In this document: positions 25,733 to 37,980 of the stretch, in pieces | Numbering within the stretch: position 1 is the stretch's first letter | Layout of the letters: each line of letters opens with the position of its first letter | From: Eledone cirrhosa | Taxonomy: Eukaryota | Direction: 5' to 3' | Length of the DNA: 64,000 bases | Assembly: GCA_964016885.1 (NCBI GenBank) | Contig: OZ024743.1 | Location: 328,166,001-328,230,000, forward strand | Notes under the pieces: model-generated | Told to the model about the DNA's origin: nothing | Seen by the model: only the letters and a program-made list of their open reading frames with translations | The model's database searches: none | Position numbers and translations under genes: made by a program

Positions 25733-26017
25733 TACACACACACAACTACATCATAATGTCGTAATGCAGACAGCCAGACATACAGGCAGATATTATAAGG
25801 GCGCAACGTTATATCTATGTATCTATCTAAAAAGAGAAAGACTAAGAGTTATAGAGAGAGATCGCTAAATCACCTAATGCGTCCGTAGGGCATTGGAAAT
25901 TTGAAATCTGCATATTAGCAGATCTGACTGATTAGCTAGTCTGCTAATATGCAGATCAGACCGATCAGCCACTGTGTATTTTTGAAAATAGCATATATTT
26001 ACACTAGCTCTGACAGT

Positions 26018-26097
26018 TTGGCGGGTGAACAGTGAGCTGTACTGATGAAGGGTGATACCCAGAAACATTAGTGTCTGTAGTTCTGTTCACATGCCAA
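26018..26097 (+). ncRNA. canonical type I hammerhead ribozyme with extended bulged stem I
   Basis: gugaacag-ug-agcugua / uguaguu-cuguucac; CUGAUGA 26042-26048; stem II gggu-gau-accc; GAAA 26062-26065; stem III aca-uuag-ugu; GUC site at 26075. Confidence 0.85.
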
Positions 26098-26247
26098 CAC
26101 AAGAGCAAGAATGAAGGGCTCATTCTACTGACATGGCTATAAAATTGAGGCTTGTTTGCATAATTGCAAACAAATCGAATGTTATTAATATTCGAAAAAC
26201 TTAGATTACATTTATTGTATTCAGCCATGTAGAGCGAAATTTTCTTT

Positions 26248-26297
<50 letters not shown>

Positions 26298-26373
26298 TGT
26301 AATAAACAATATAAGGCAATTATTTCATTTACCAGTGGTTTCTTAAAAGCAAAAAAATACATATACATATATA

Positions 26374-28701
26374 TCTATATATATAAAGGGAAGATGGACA
26401 TTGTTTAGTGTACCGAACTTGCATGCTACACCGTTCATCCAATTTTCATGAAACCTCACACATATATAAAACTCAACACGCAGAGTGGAATAGGCTACTT
26501 GAAATTTTCGAAAAATATGCAGAAGAAGAATTAAAAGGGCCTTTATCTTAACCGCGGCATAATGGCGAGTCTTTTGTGACAGTTTTCAAGAATATAGGAC
26601 GTTCCTGTAAAAAGTTTTCCCATGTGTAACTTTGCCTTGTTTTTTTGCGCAAAGTCGAGCCCTGCTTCAGTTTTATTGATTTTTTACATCAATGCGTGAT
26701 CTCTGAAGTAGATTTGAGTAGCTAAAAACCTGTTCCGGTAAATTTGCTATAGGTGAAAAAAAGTTGATCAAAATTGTATCTAGGGTTATTGCCCTTTGCC
26801 ACAGCCTTAAGCCTCGTCTGACGGGATGTTGGTGATTCCTCCGCCAGCGCTTGTTGGCGACGAAGGCGAACATCAGCAAGCCTTGTCGTACGTGATGTTG
26901 GTGACTCAACCAGCCGGGAAAGACGTCTATCAGCGAGTCGAGATTCGCACTCAGCAGGTGTTTCCTAGAGAAAATTAATTAATTCTACTGGTTAGCTAAG
27001 CCAATGGCAGTGTCAATAGTAAATGAGAAAAGTCTAACATGAACAAAAGAGAATCAAGGTAAGACAATAAATTTAATATAACTACGATTAGAATGTTGTA
27101 GTTGCTTAAAAGTGGTGACAGTTAGGATAAACGCAGTACTTGCTAACATTAAGGGAGAATATTGCATAAAGGATTAATCAATTGTGAATGAACTCATACC
27201 TGAGAACGCCTAATTCGTTGTCTCAAAGCAATAGCTGTACCTTTTTTGGAGGTAAGTCTTGAACGTTTCCGTGTGGGCATAACGACGTGTAATGAAGCTG
27301 TTAGGTTAGAGAGAGGTGATTAAATACAGAGAGAGATGACACCAGATTCGTTAGCATGGTTACTGGTGAATGGGAAGGTTTGGAAATATGATTACAATAA
27401 CTTACCGAATTTTCCCGTCTATAAATTGCACTTAAAATAATTAAATTTAATCAAAAAACAGCTCTGCGCTTTATACTCCGGTGAGCCTTATGTATAAATA
27501 ATACAATGGTAATCAATCACGGCTCTAACAGAAGTAATAGATCTAGACTAAAAGTAAAGAAGATAGCATTTTCTGGTTGGCCTTACATGCCATTGCGCGG
27601 ACGTGATTTTAAATGATACGCCTTATAGAGCGGAAAATATCTATTGGAAAAGAATACGAATTCATGACCAAAGTGTGACAAAATAGGCGTCTATACAGCG
27701 CCTGAAACAATCTTGTCGAAAACCATAGGATTTTTTTCGTTAAGTATCCACCCAAAAGGAACCGTTTTTTAGTTACAAAAAATAACCAAAGTGTATAGTA
27801 GCTATATTTCTGACATATCATGCCAAAAAGAACAATATATTAAAAAAATGTTCTAAAGTACATTCAATCTCTCTTTTTGACCGATATCTTAATAAGCAAG
27901 TTATCGATTTTTTATTGGCTGTCAGTGTCTATCTGCATGCAGGTATGCACGTGTGCGCAATTAATTGCAAATACGCTCATAACATTTAGTCGTAAGCAGA
28001 ACAAAAAATGCCATTAGAGGTGGGCTAATAATGAAGACACAAACCCTGGTGAACTTACGTTTAAACACCCGAAAAGTTACTCACTTCCTGTGCAAAAGAC
28101 TGTATTATAAATTAAGTGATTTTTTAGAATCTTTTGTTTAAAAAAGGAAAACATTGGTACGACGTAAATTTTTTTACTTGTATTGTATGTGTACAACACA
28201 ACTTGATCAACGTATTATTTAGTAATTTTTTTTTAAAAAAGCATGATTATTTAAGACTGTTTGAAAATTTACTCACAGCTTTTAGGTTCACAAAAGACAC
28301 CATTAAATTTGGTTCCCTTTTCAGATAGGGATAATACTATATTTCCACTTGAATAAGGTGGAATATGAAAAGATAAACTCTTTACTGAGACAGCTGGGAA
28401 GACATGCAGCTGGCCGTCCAATCAATAACGCATGTCCTTATATGGGCATATGAAATTTATTTTTATTGCGCCAGATGTAAACTAAGAGTTCTTGTGTTCG
28501 AATTCACATAAAATTTCATTGGAATCAAAAAACATTCTGTCATAGGGCCCGATTATCGATTTTTCGAAAATTTTAAGTAGCCTATTCCACTCTACGCGTT
28601 GAGTTTTACATATGTGTGAGGTTTCATGAAAATTGGATGAACGGTGTAGCATGCAAGTTCGGTACACTAAACAATGTCCATCTTCCCTTTATATATATAG
28701 A
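26374..28701. mobile_element. 2.3-kb non-coding element bounded by ~140-bp inverted repeats starting TCTATATATATAAA
   Basis: 26374-26514 is the near-exact reverse complement of 28559-28701. Confidence 0.75.
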
Positions 28702-28763
28702 TATATTTATTTATATTTATATATATATTTATTTATATTTATATATATATATATATATTTATT

Positions 28764-28794
<31 letters not shown>

Positions 28795-28795
28795 A

Positions 28796-29241
28796 TGTAG
28801 CGACGTGGTTAGTCAGTCTGGTCACTACTTCCGATCAGATTCAAGAATAGCCCTTAAAAGGACTGTTATCGCATACGGTCTGATCGTATCTGAAGATAGC
28901 CCTTAAAAGAACTGTTGTCACAGACGAAAGCACAAGTTGAAAGGACGAAGCATGGCGAGGCATGTAAATTCGATCAGCTATTTATTTTCATATGAAGCGA
29001 CGATACAAGGTACAAGGCATGTGTGAGTGACAAAGCGTGGCGAGTTGACTCTGCCAAATGTCAACTTGACAAAGTGTTTGGAACCACTCTATTTATACAG
29101 AAATAATCGTTTGATGTTTAGTCGCTGAGTAGGCATTTATTCTGGTAGCTTCTAAGGGTTGTTTTGTTTCACGGTGAGGTAGCTAGCTAACATGTAGATG
29201 GCGCTGTATATTTCACAGATGTTATTTTCGGTGGCTGTACA
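28796..29241 (-). mobile_element. candidate solo LTR
   Basis: TGTA...TACA termini, TATA TSD in a (TA)n tract, TATAAATA ~29095 and AATAAA ~28985 on the minus strand. Confidence 0.5.
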
Positions 29242-29254
29242 TATATATATAAAT

Positions 29255-30245
29255 ATTTGTAGCCGGTGCTCAGGTGCAATAAGTAGCAGCAAGTGCCCAC
29301 AGAATACTAGCTGATTCCATTGCACAGATGGTTCTATAGAAATAGTGGACACCTTCCGTTACCTGGGTGACAAAATCAGCAGTGGTGGAAGGTGCTCTGA
29401 AAGTACAGTAGCTAGAGTCAGAACTGGATGGAAGAAGTTCAGAGAGCTTATACCACTATTGCCCGCTAAAGGGTTCTCTCTAAAAATGAAAGGCAGGCTG
29501 TATGATGCCTGCATACGAACAGCAATGTTACATGGCAGTGAGACTTGGGCATTGTGTGCAGAGGATATACGCAGACTGGAGAGGAACGAAGCTTGCATGC
29601 TCCGTTGGATGTGTAATAGTAATATACGTGAACGGCAAAGCATAAACGAACTAAGGGAGAAATTAGGAATAAGAGGAATCAGATGTTGTTTACTCGAGAG
29701 AAGACTACGTTGGTATGGTCACGTGATGCGCATGAAGACAACAGCTGTATAAAAAAGTGCGGGGCAATCAAAATTGATGGTAGTTACGGAGTAGGCAGAC
29801 CCAGAAAAACCTGAGACGACTTGATAAATTCCGACCTCACACACTTACACCTCTCCAAGACAATGTCACTGGACCGAAATCTTTGGCGCTACACAGTAAT
29901 ACAGAAGACTCGCCTTGCCTAAGTACAAAGCGAATCTACAGTCAGTAGGCACCTCTAACAAAAATACACCCCCGCACAGCCACCCCCACCTCATCCACAC
30001 CACCCCTTTCGATGTAAAGTTATGTTGGTACCACAACATCTAGTCCGAAATAAATGAGGTCGTGTAGGTGTCACGAAAAAAAAAACACACAGTCCACGCT
30101 GTAATGTGGCCGTGTAGGTAACATGGTAAAAACCTCCCAGTCCACACTGTAAACGTGGTTGGTGTTAGGAAGGGCATCCAGCCGTAGAAAACCCGCCAGA
30201 CAGTCCTATACGAGCAAGACAACCAATCTTGCCTCAAGTGGGAAA
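29255..30245 (+). mobile_element. 5'-truncated RTE LINE, same subfamily as 8627-10222
   Basis: DTFRYLGD...RLYDACIRTAMLHGSETW...RRLRWYGHVMR, followed by the 3' tail. Confidence 0.9.
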
Positions 30246-30483
30246 ACTAGTACAGCGTTCCTTTGTCAGTGTTGAACAAACGAGCAACAGTGGTTGCTAG
30301 ACACTACGGCTTAATACGGGATGTTTGTTTACAAACACACCGAGCATTACAATAAATGTTTGGTGAATCCATACGTACATATATATATGTGTGCATGCAT
30401 GTATACATATATACATACTACTCTACGTCTGTATACATATATGTATGCACGTATACATACTTATATTTATATATATATATATT

Positions 30484-30520
<37 letters not shown>

Positions 30521-30943
30521 ATATTTATTTATATATATATATTTATATAAATATATATTTATATATATATATTTATTTATATATATATATTTATTTATAT
30601 ATACATATTTATATATATATCGAAAGGTTGTGAGTTCAATTCTCAGACCGGGTGATGTGTTGTTTCCTTGAGCAAGACACTTTATTTCACATTGCTCCAG
30701 TTTACTCAGCTGTAGAAATAAGATGATAGGGACTGGGGTCCATATCATTCCTCTGCAAAGTGGTCGTGTAGGTGCCACGACAAAAACCACCCAGCACTCA
30801 CTGTAAATGAGGTTGGTGTTAGGAAGGGCATCCAGCTGTAGAAATCAAGCTAGAGTCAGTTCCCGTCCCACCCTTGCAAGCTGGGAAAAGTGGACGTAAA
30901 ATGATGATGATGATGATATATATATATTTATATATATATATAT

Positions 30944-31119
30944 TGTTATACTTGGGGAGGGTCATATTTGTGTAATATTGCCAGAATTAATAACAGAACA
31001 CACTCACTGTTCGGTTGGTTTTCGCTTTTCGTTTCTGTGTCTTTTATATCGGTAATCAAATTTATGCGGTCCTCAATGTTGCCATTGACTGACCAACGGT
31101 CAAAAATAGTACAGATACA
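30944..31119 (-). mobile_element. candidate short solo LTR
   Basis: TGT...ACA ends, ATAT on both flanks, TATAAAA inside on the minus strand. Confidence 0.3.
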
Positions 31120-31235
31120 ATATAGACACAAACACATATATATAGTTTATCAAAGTTCTTTCATTGCACATCTGCAACATCGTCAGTGGTGCTATAGATT
31201 CCTCCCGTTGCATTGTATTTCTAGGCTTTTTTTTC

Positions 31236-31267
<32 letters not shown>

Positions 31268-31310
31268 TATATATAATATAAAATCAAAAGATGGTTAAAA
31301 GAGTTCCATG

Positions 31311-31381
31311 TATTTTATTATGCACATTTCAAAAACAAATATCATCATGGGATGATATTTGCGTTCTCATCAGATAAAATA
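31311..31381 (-). ncRNA. type I hammerhead ribozyme
   Basis: stem I uauuuuau/auaaaaua; CUGAUGA; stem II gcaaauaucauc/gaugauauuugu; GAAAUGUGCAUA (AUA site). Confidence 0.78.
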
Positions 31382-31498
31382 GGGAGACATGATATGAAGC
31401 TTAAAAAACACTTGCGAGCAGTGAAGTGTCAAATCAACATTGGTTTCAACACACGTTTTCAGATAAAGAACCTTGCTAAACAAATTAAGAAACGATAT

Positions 31499-31530
<32 letters not shown>

Positions 31531-32195
31531 TAGTAAGTAAGTTAATTTTTATAATTTTCTTATTTTACGTCTTTCATATAATTGTTCTGCATCCCCTTGC
31601 ATTGAACCACAAAGTTACTAAGACAAAACCTATATATTTGCTAGCATAGGTATGCATCTGTATATATATGTTGGTAGATATACTAATTCTTTATAATAAC
31701 TCCAAATTATTTTGTTGAGCAAAAATTTGCCAAAACTGCTACTATAGTTCATAGTACCACCCCACTCCTCACTGATTAACCTCAATGTCACGTGATTGAT
31801 TCTTTTGAATTTGCCACCGACCAAGTAGGCAGTGATTTTTTTCAATGTCTTGGAATTTAGTCCACGCTTGCTTTTTTCCATCCACTGAATTATTTTTGTA
31901 TAATTTCCGTGTCCACGCATCGCCTGGTAACTTAGCTGAGAACAGACTTCCTGATGACGAAACGGCTTCTCCATGCTTTCCATTTGGAAACCATGTTTAT
32001 TCCCTTTCAGAAACTAATTAGTTCGAGTGAAATTTTAGTAAGTAAGTCAATTTTTATAATTTTCTTATTTTACGTCTTTCATATAATTGTTCTGCATCCC
32101 CTTGCATTGAACCACAAAGTTACTAAGACAAAACCTATATATTTGCTAGCATAGGTATGCATCTGTATATATATGTTGGTAGATATACTAATTCA
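31531..32195. repeat. ~160-bp direct duplication (31531-31690 and 32036-32195)
   Basis: direct reading; near-identical copies ~505 bp apart. Confidence 0.85.
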
Positions 32196-32579
32196 GTATT
32201 CTTTCATTTTGTAAAAAAACCTCACTTTCATGGCCTCAGCCGGATGGCTGAAACAGGTAAAAGTGTATATATATATATATACACACAGTTCAAGAGTAAC
32301 CAATCTTAAAGAGAGAGATGGAGATAGGAGAGGAGAGATTGGTGAATTAGTTAGAAGCCAAAGTGTAAAGGCATGTGCTCAACGTGCAATATGCAGTGGA
32401 AGGCAGCTAGGTGGCTGGGTTCATGCAGAGGTTAGGTGCACAGAGCTGGAAATATTCATTAGTTAAGCAAAACAAGACCACAAATTTCACAAGGAAGACA
32501 TTATTAAAAGATTGTCAACATATTTTAGTTTGATGTAAGGAATGTAGAGAATAATAATAATAATATTAATAATAATAAT

Positions 32580-34503
32580 GTCATCATCATCATCATCATC
32601 ACCGTTTTACGTCCGTTCTTCCACGCTAGCATGGGTTAGACGGGTTGTCCTGTTGTGGGCAGTGTCTGGTCGGCTGACCATGCCTTGCTCATACAGGAAC
32701 TGATCTGGCTTGATTTCTACAGCTGGATGCCCTTCCTAACACCAACCTCATTTACAGTGAGTGCTGGGTGCTTTTTCGTGGCGCCTACACGTCCACTTTA
32801 CAGTGTGGGCTGGGTGCTTTTTTGCCGTGGCACCTCCACGACCACCTTGCGGTGGGGGGGGGGGGGGGGGGGGGGGGGGCATATTGTTTATATGCTTCAG
32901 CATGTACCCATGGGAGGTCGGGTACCCTGTATTACTGCGTGACGCCAGAAGTCACGGTCGTGTGTCATTGACTTTGAGAGGTGTAGTTGGGTAAGGTCGG
33001 CTTTTATCACCTCATCCCAAGTCATCTTGGGTCTCCCCACTCCGCGGTTTCCATCAACTTCTAGTGCTCTGCACCTTTTTATGCAGCTGTCATCCTTCAT
33101 ACGCATCACATGTCCATACCAGCGTAACCGCCTCTCCTGCACGCAGCATTTGATTCCTCTTATGCTCAGTCTCTCTCTCAATTCATTTATGCTTTGTCGT
33201 TCACGTATATTACTGTTACACATCCATCGGAGCATGCAGGCTTCGTTTCTCTCTAATCTACGTAAGTCTTCCACCTTCAGCGCCCAGGTCTCACTACCAT
33301 GCAACATCGCTGTTCGGATACACGCATCATACAGTCTGCCTTTCATTCTGAGGGAGAAGCCTTTTGCAGCTAGCAGTGGTAGTAGTTCCCTAAACTTCTT
33401 CCATCCCGTTCTTACCCTAGTTATTGTACTTTCTGAGCACCCACCTCCGTTGCTAATTCGGTCACCTAGGTAGCAGAAGCTGTCTACTGTTTCTACAGGG
33501 CCCTCCCAGAGATTGGTGGTACTTGTTTCCTGTGGCTGTTTGCTTGCTGTTTCAGCACAGCTGCTGCATGTGAATCCTACATTCTTAATTAAGCTTCCTG
33601 AGATCCCGCTACATCTCTTGTGTACCCATTGTTTGCATTTGGGGCAAAGAATGGAGTTCCTACCTACACCTTTCCTACATACTGAGCAAGGCCATTTCCC
33701 TGAGGGGATCTGGGTTCTGTTTTCTCGTCTACTTATAAGGACCTTAGTCTTTGTCATGTTGACTTTGAGGCCCTTTCTCTCTAGTCCCTGCTTCCAGGTT
33801 TGGAATTTATTCTCTAGTTCTACCATAGATTCAGCTATGAGTGCGAGGTCATCAGCATACAGGAGTTCCCATGGGCATCCGGTCTTAAACTCCTCCGTTA
33901 TTGCCTGCAGGACTATGATGAACAGGAGAGGGCTAAGAACAGAGCCCTGGTGGACCCCAACCTGTACGCTAAATTCCTCGCTATACTCATTGCCAATCCT
34001 AACTTTGCTGACTGCTCCCCTATACATGGCTTGTACCGCTTTCACAAGCCATTCATCTACTCCTAGTTTTCTAAGAGCCCACCAGATTACTGCACGTGGA
34101 ACTCTGTCAAAGGCTTTCTCAAGGTCGACAAATGCCAAGTAGAGTGGCTTACTTTTAGCTAGGTACTTTTCCTGTAATTGCCTCACAAGGAAGAGCGCAT
34201 CAGTGGTGCCTTTCCCTGGAACAAACCCAAATTGCATCTCGTCTATATTCACCCGGTCCCTAATCAGCTGTGCTATAACTCTTTCTGTTACTTTCATGAC
34301 CTGGTCCATCAACTTTATACCTCTATAGTTTCCTCTATCTAGTGCATCGCCTTTACCTTTGTAGCAGTTGACAATGATGCTACTGCACCAATCTTTTGGT
34401 ATGGCCCCCTCTAGTATTACCTGGTTAACGATACGTGTGGTTATAGTGTGACCTACAGACCCAGATGCCTTCAGCATCTCGGCAGCTATACCCGATGGAC
34501 CGG
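32580..34503 (-). mobile_element. 5'-truncated RTE LINE with uninterrupted RT ORF (32897-34477) containing a PHD-like finger
   Basis: NYRGIKL, AFVDLEKAFDRV, GVHQGSVLSPLLF, LLYADDL, YLG; C4HC3 insert; (TGA)n tail; endonuclease domain absent. Confidence 0.93.
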
Positions 34504-34623
34504 TCCGTTTACAATTGTTTTGCTACTCCATTTCAGGAGTCATGGTGTATAGATTTTTAGTTTTGTCAGACATAACATGTAAGCGAAACAATTGTAAACG
34601 GACATTATTATTATTAATATATA

Positions 34624-35012
34624 AGGCGGTGGATTGGCAGTATCGGTAGAGGGTCGGACGCCATGCTTTCCAGCATAGTTACGTCCCTTTACCATCTGAG
34701 TTCAAATCCCGCCGAGGTTGACTTTGCTTTTCATCCTTACGGGGTCGATAAAATAAAGTACCAGTAATGCACTGGTAATTGCTGGCCTTGTGCCTAAAGT
34801 AGAAACAATTATTATTAATATATAAGGCGGTGGATTGGCAGTATCGGTAGAGGGTCGGACGCCATGCTTTCCAGCATAGTTACGTCCCTTTACGATCTGA
34901 GTTCAAATCCCGCTGAGGTTGACTTTGCCTTTCATCCTTACAGGGTCGATAAAATAAAGTACCAGTAATGCACTGAGTAATTTGCTGGCCTTGTGCCTAA
35001 AGTAGAAACAAT
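34624..35012 (+). mobile_element. tandem dimer of Meta-like SINE
   Basis: two ~200-bp near-identical units starting ggcggtggattggcagtatcggtag. Confidence 0.85.
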
Positions 35013-35499
35013 TATTATTATTATTCTCTACATTACTTACATCAAACTAAAATATGTTGACAATCTTTTAATAATGTCTTCCTTGTGAAATTTGTGGTCT
35101 TGTTTTGCTTAACTAATGAATATATATATATATATATATTCTCCACACTGTAAACGTGGTTGGTGTTAGGAAGGGCATCCAGCCGTAGAAAACCTGCCAG
35201 AGAGTCCTATACGAGCAAGACAAAAATCTTGCCCCAAGTGGGACAATTCCTGTCTAAACCCATGCTAGCATGGAAGATAGACGTTAAATGATGATGTGAT
35301 ATAAGAATGGTTGTTTAAAGTACCATAGTACTTAAAACATTAAAACATTAACTGAATGAGCACTCAGTAGTTGCAGGTAGAGTGTTAATTATATTTTCTG
35401 AATATAAAGGTAGCACTCCATGAGACCAAACTGAAACTTCAAAGTCACTTCCACTTTTCTACTCAGCAAATAATGTATATGTGTGTGCGAGCGCGCTCT

Positions 35500-35600
35500 T
35501 AATCCGATTTGACAACACCCATATACCCGTAATAGCAACATCAGTTGAAGCAGAAATAGTTTTTCTTTCGGACTGATTGCTATTTCGTCTACTATAAATA
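35500..35600 (+). mobile_element. possible decayed hAT transposase C-terminal (dimerisation) fragment
   Basis: gcaacatcagttgaagcagaa encodes ATSVEAE, resembling the hAT xTSxxxERxFS motif; short match only. Confidence 0.25.
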
Positions 35601-36173
35601 GCCGTATTATTCAATATCTCTGATATACTGGCATCAACTTTCTATTGATTATTGATGTCAAATTAAAATATTGCTGCTCTTTATATGAACATTTTATTGT
35701 CCTCTTATCTATGGTACACACACATATTGGTATGTGGTTGACGGCTGAGATAAAAGTACTCGATACTGAAGTAGAGTTTTAATATCCATTTTATTAAGGC
35801 TAAATAGTGAGTCTTGTTTGGAGGTTCGCCTGTTTATCACAGGGTTATCAGAATATTAAAATTCTGCTACTTCGGTATTGAGTACTCTTTACTCTCAGCC
35901 GGATATATCATCATCATCATTTCATTTTACGTCCGCTTTTCCCTGCTTGCAAGGGTGGGACGGGAACTGATTCTGGTTTCATTTATACAGCTCGATGCCC
36001 TTCCTAACACCAACTTCATTTACAGTGAGTGCTGGGTGCTTTTTTTCCGTGACGCCTACACGTCCACTTTACAGTGTGGGCTGGGTGATTTTTTGCCGTG
36101 GCACCTCCACGACCACTTTGCAGTGGAATGATAGGGACCCCAGTCCCTATCATCTCATTTCTACAGCTGAGTG

Positions 36174-36223
<50 letters not shown>

Positions 36224-36794
36224 ATATATATGCTAGTTATATGTTGGACACACATACAGATCGAGAGAGCCTATGATTGCCTTTAAAACCATTTTAACAA
36301 TCAATAATATGAATATAATCATAACATTTGAGATGATATGCTATGGCCTTTTTTCTGTAAAATTTTAATCTCTATTTGAAATCGATCTTGCTTTATTCTT
36401 TAGTTGTGGAGGTGTTTGGCCTAGTGGTAAGGCTGTTGAACTTAAGATCATAATGTTGTGGGTTGATTCCTGGGCTGGGTTCTGTGTTATGTCCTTGAGC
36501 AAAACACTTTGTTTCATGTTGCTCCAGTATACTCAGCTGATGCTGGAGGTTTAACCTGAGATGGACTAGCATCCTCTCCAAGGGGAGTCTTGTATTCTCA
36601 GTCGCTTCACGCCATGAAACCGGGATAAGCACCGGCCTAACGAGTCTTCTGGCTTGAGACAGACTTTAGACTTATTCTTTAGTCAGCTCTATTTCTGTTT
36701 ACATAAGAATTGTTAGAGCAAACTCAAGGGTTCAAAAGAGCAATTATGTCCTGGAAGAAGTGAGATGGGGCAGGGTGGGTAGGGTCAGGATTTC

Positions 36795-36962
36795 CACCAT
36801 TGCAATACAGCTGATAGATAGGGTAGGGGTCGTGATTCCACCATTGCAATACAGCTGATAGATAGGGGGGGGGGGCTGATTTCCTCCATTGCAATACAGC
36901 TGATAGATAGGGACGAGGGGGGGGGGGAATATTTCCCCCATTGCAATACAACAGATAGATAG
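36795..36962. repeat. ~40-bp minisatellite
   Basis: ttccaccattgcaatacagctgatagatagg repeated four times. Confidence 0.8.
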
Positions 36963-37344
36963 GTTGCTATTTATTCAGTAATGCACTGGGTAATTGCTGG
37001 CCTTGTGCCTAAAGTAGAAACAATTATTTTGTTTTCATCAAAATAAATATGCATATGATTAATTAATATTTTTTATTAAGACAAAGCTTGAGTCCTGTTA
37101 CTCTAAAGCAGGGGTCTCAAACACCAAAACTGAAAAGAGTGATTACGTCCTGGGAGAGAGAGGCAGAGCAATCCTAACTGAGATGAGGAGGGTGAGTGTG
37201 ATTCCCACCAGTTATAATGCTAATCTGCAAAACAGCTGATAGGTTGCTATTTTTTTTTTTTCATTAAGATGAATGCACATATGATAGTATGTAGGATATG
37301 TGAATTAGTACAACATTTAGAAGGACAAATTTTCCTTAATTAGT

Positions 37345-37980
37345 CTTGAATACTGAGACACTTGTCCTCTCAAAGAAGCCTGTGTAGTGGTCTCTACATG
37401 TTAATGGAGTTCCACTGAAGAAGGTGCAGAAGTTCAAGTATCTTGGGGCCATGTTCATGAGTGATGGAAGGCAGGAAGCTGAATTAAGTGCAAGAATTGC
37501 AGGAGTTGGTGCAGTAATGTGCTAGCTTCAGCATTCAGTAATCAGAAGAAAGGAGGTAGGTGTAAAAGCCAAACTCTCTATCTTCAATTCAGTATTTGGT
37601 CATGAATCTTGGGTAATGACCAAATGAATACAGTTGCGAATGCAAGTGGCTGAAATGGGGTCCCTCCATTGCTTGGAGATCTGAGAGTCACACCAGGTTA
37701 GAGCCGCTACTTCTCCAAATTAAGAGATCACAGCTCCGATACTATGGGAATATGGTTCGAATGTCTTAGGAAAGAATTGCTGGACAGATTTTATGGGCAA
37801 AATCAACTGGCAGGAGACCCAGGGGTACATCCTGAGCAAGATGGTTGGATAACATCCACGAGCTTAGCTGATCTCGCTTGGGGATCCAGCTGGATCAGTT
37901 GGAGATGATTGGTTCTGTGAGAAGGAATGTTTGAGGATTTTGACCCCACAAACCTCTCAGAAATAAGTCGGCAAAGAAGA
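37345..37980 (+). mobile_element. decayed RTE-like LINE 3' fragment; first ~335 bp duplicated at 43944-44277
   Basis: KVQKFKYLG..., ..LRYYG.., RPRG motifs with stops; a related 3' end lies at 45100-45460. Confidence 0.7.

Noticed and set aside
31140-31200. Minus-strand CUGACGA..stem..GAAA motif
   Set aside because: Stem II is plausible but stems I and III pair poorly; may be chance
31945-31975. CTGATGACGAAAC as a hammerhead core
   Set aside because: No room for stem II and no convincing stem I or III
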